64,000 nucleotides of DNA, taken from NCBI RefSeq assembly GCF_964355755.1, contig NC_092680.1, forward strand, positions 18,299,045 through 18,363,044, written 5' to 3'. Below the pieces are notes generated by a model. The model was given only the letters and a program-made list of their open reading frames with translations, did not search any database and was not told the origin of the DNA. The translations under genes were made by a program, and so were the position numbers. Within the stretch, counting starts at the first letter, position 1. Every line of letters begins with the position of its first letter. This stretch comes from Antedon mediterranea (taxonomy: Eukaryota > Animalia > Echinodermata). Below are positions 62,122 through 64,000 of the stretch, one piece after another.

Positions 62122-62565
62122 GGTAAAGGTAAAGGTATTCATATTTGTCCTCAAGCTTAACTGGAAACTGAGGAAATTCGGATTAGGCCCTCCACGGACC
62201 CACGGCAGCCAGCAGTGCAGCGCCTATCAGATCAGCACACCGGGAGACAATCCCCTACTCTTTTCGAATAGTGTACCAAGTTCTTTAACGTGCACTGTTA
62301 AGTACACGGGACCAACGGCTTTACATCCCATCCGAAGGACGAGGCAATGAGAGGAAAGCACCTTGCCTAAGGATGCAATTAGTATGGTACAGATAACCTC
62401 GAACCCATGCTAGTCCGATATTACCATTACACCATCACTCTCCAGTATATACAGCACCCGCCGCGATTTTTAGACGGTCTCCCATCCAGAACGCAACCAG
62501 GCCCAACACTGCTTAACTTCGGTGATCTGACGAGAACCGGTGTTTCAACGCAGTATGGCCGTAAC
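62122..62565 (-). mobile_element. Composite 5S rRNA + tRNA-headed Deu-domain SINE
   Basis: 5S-like head at ~62449-62565 (TACGGCCATAC...GATCACCGAAGTTAAGCAG...TGGATGGGAGACCG...GGGTGCTGTA), then TGGTGTAATGG / GGTTCGAG tRNA boxes, Deu-like body and CCTTTA tail. Confidence 0.85.
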
Positions 62566-62856
62566 AGTTGACAGTTTGACACAAAGAAACCATTTGGTAG
62601 TTTATTGTATGTTAAAAAACCTGGTCCACTGCGCTTTGTTGGCCCTAGGTATATTATATGTGCTTCTTTTACAATTCACAGTCAATAAATATACTCAGAG
62701 AATGTATGTTATTATAAAGTACAGTATAGCTTCAACCTATTTTGTGGATTATTTTAATTTGACCTCACCAACAATGTGACTCGGTTAGATTTCATATTCA
62801 AAATATCCAGAACCTTTTCTTTTTAAATTTTAAATAAAACTAACAAATAATCTAAC

Positions 62857-62918
62857 CTGTACTTGTTTTGTTAAGTTGAGATCTCCTGGCATTTTTTCAG
62901 TGCTGCAACTAAAAAATC
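62857..62918 (-). CDS. C2CD5: C2CD5 homologue, exon
   Basis: GFFSCSTEKMPGDLNLTKQVQ (compare GFYSCNTEIMPG); phase 1 to 0. Confidence 0.85.
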
Positions 62919-63245
62919 CTACAAAATAACAATGACATATTATGTAAACCACCAAGTTTAGAATGAAGAATGTTATAATAGAAAATTCATCAAACAAAAA
63001 CAACTATTGTATTAAATAAACTACAGTTGACATCTCTCCTAATACCCGTTTCACACAAATAAACACAAATTGTACAAAATCTTCATAGCATTGTACACAA
63101 TAATTCTTTTTTAGGATTAATTTGGTTTTCCTGATTTCATCATTTAAGGGGTCGAAATAAAAACATGTTCATGGCCTATCTACGTTCACACTGAGCCCAG
63201 ACTCCGGTCCGGTAGGCAGATAAAAAATTAGATTTTTAACTGTAC

Positions 63246-63306
63246 CTGCTGGCAAATCTCGTTCAAGCAAAGCATCAGCTATGTCCTTATTATCAGCATC
63301 ATCAAT
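63246..63306 (-). CDS. C2CD5: C2CD5 homologue, exon; gene continues beyond the window
   Basis: IDDADNKDIADALLERDLPA; phase 0 to 1. The preceding exon ends TTGGAA|GTAAGT at 63995-64000. Confidence 0.8.
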
Positions 63307-64000
63307 CTAAATCAATCAAACCAAAAGAAAATGATAGTATAGTATCTTGAATAGCATAAACAAATGACAAATGTGCCAAAAAACAACTTGGCACTTAACA
63401 GCAAACCACAAAATAATCATCAACTTTTATCTTTATAAATTCTATTTATTTATTTATTTATTTTAATTTAATTTTTTAATTTTTATTGTTACATGTTTAT
63501 GTATTTTCATATTTTATTTTTACATTTAAATGTATTTAACATTCAACATTTATTTAGAAACAGTTCAAGAAATAAAAAGAAGCATACATTTACAATAACT
63601 TAAATGGTGAAAATAAATAAGAATTTTTTTAGGAATCGGAAAAAATTGGTCTCTAATGATCAGCTTCGGCTGGATGAACCACCCTCGTAAAGTATTGTTG
63701 TCCTCAACAACCTTCAAGGAAAACATTATTAATCGCACTCCATCTCACAGTGTGAGGTACCAAAAAAGGGGATTTTAGGGGTGGAGTTTTATGTCGGGAA
63801 CAGGTACAGTATGAGTAGTAAGAAAGAGTGGGGATAAATTCAAAAAACAAATTTACAAAAAATTAACAAGAGCCAGCCATTTTTTATAAGGGCGACCATC
63901 CTTCAACTTCAACTGGCCACTATGCTTTAAAGGTTAATTTTAAGCCCTGAAACTTATGGGATAAAATGCAAAATAAATCAATAATTATACTTACTTCCAA

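Noticed and set aside
62449-62565. Functional 5S rRNA gene, and a possible hammerhead at CTGACGAG (~62528)
   Set aside because: The sequence is diverged, lacks an oligo-T terminator and continues into a SINE body. CTGACGAG is the antisense of 5S and has no GAAA core partner.

Overview
This is AT-rich, intron-containing animal genomic DNA, not prokaryotic. SINEs with Deu-like central domains and the gene content suggest a marine invertebrate deuterostome such as an echinoderm (inference). Four protein-coding genes were assembled by hand from GT-AG splice sites with consistent phases. (1) A 5-exon orexin/allatotropin-type receptor GPCR (+, 27823-35274, 418 aa). (2) A 5-exon CBR4/FabG-like short-chain reductase (-, 46505-41514, 246 aa). 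(3) A divergent rhodopsin-class GPCR with an intronless CDS (+, 50874-52586). (4) The 3' part of a C2CD5 (KIAA0528/CDP138) homologue (-, window end to 57213; 10 complete exons plus 6 nt of another). The first ~27 kb has no recognisable host exons. The rest is MITEs (Harbinger-, Kolobok-, hAT- and Mutator-like), SINEs (tRNA-headed and 5S+tRNA-headed), LINE remnants, a Helentron-like element and satellites. The most notable observations are: minimal type I hammerhead ribozymes of the Penelope type; a Kolobok-like MITE that supplies the last codons and stop of the intronless GPCR; a 5S-tRNA-Deu composite SINE; a decayed 2A-like motif; a satellite apparently built from a transposon end; and a repeat array of CRE and D-box motifs upstream of the orexin-type receptor. 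All homology calls come from remembered family motifs; no database searches were run.
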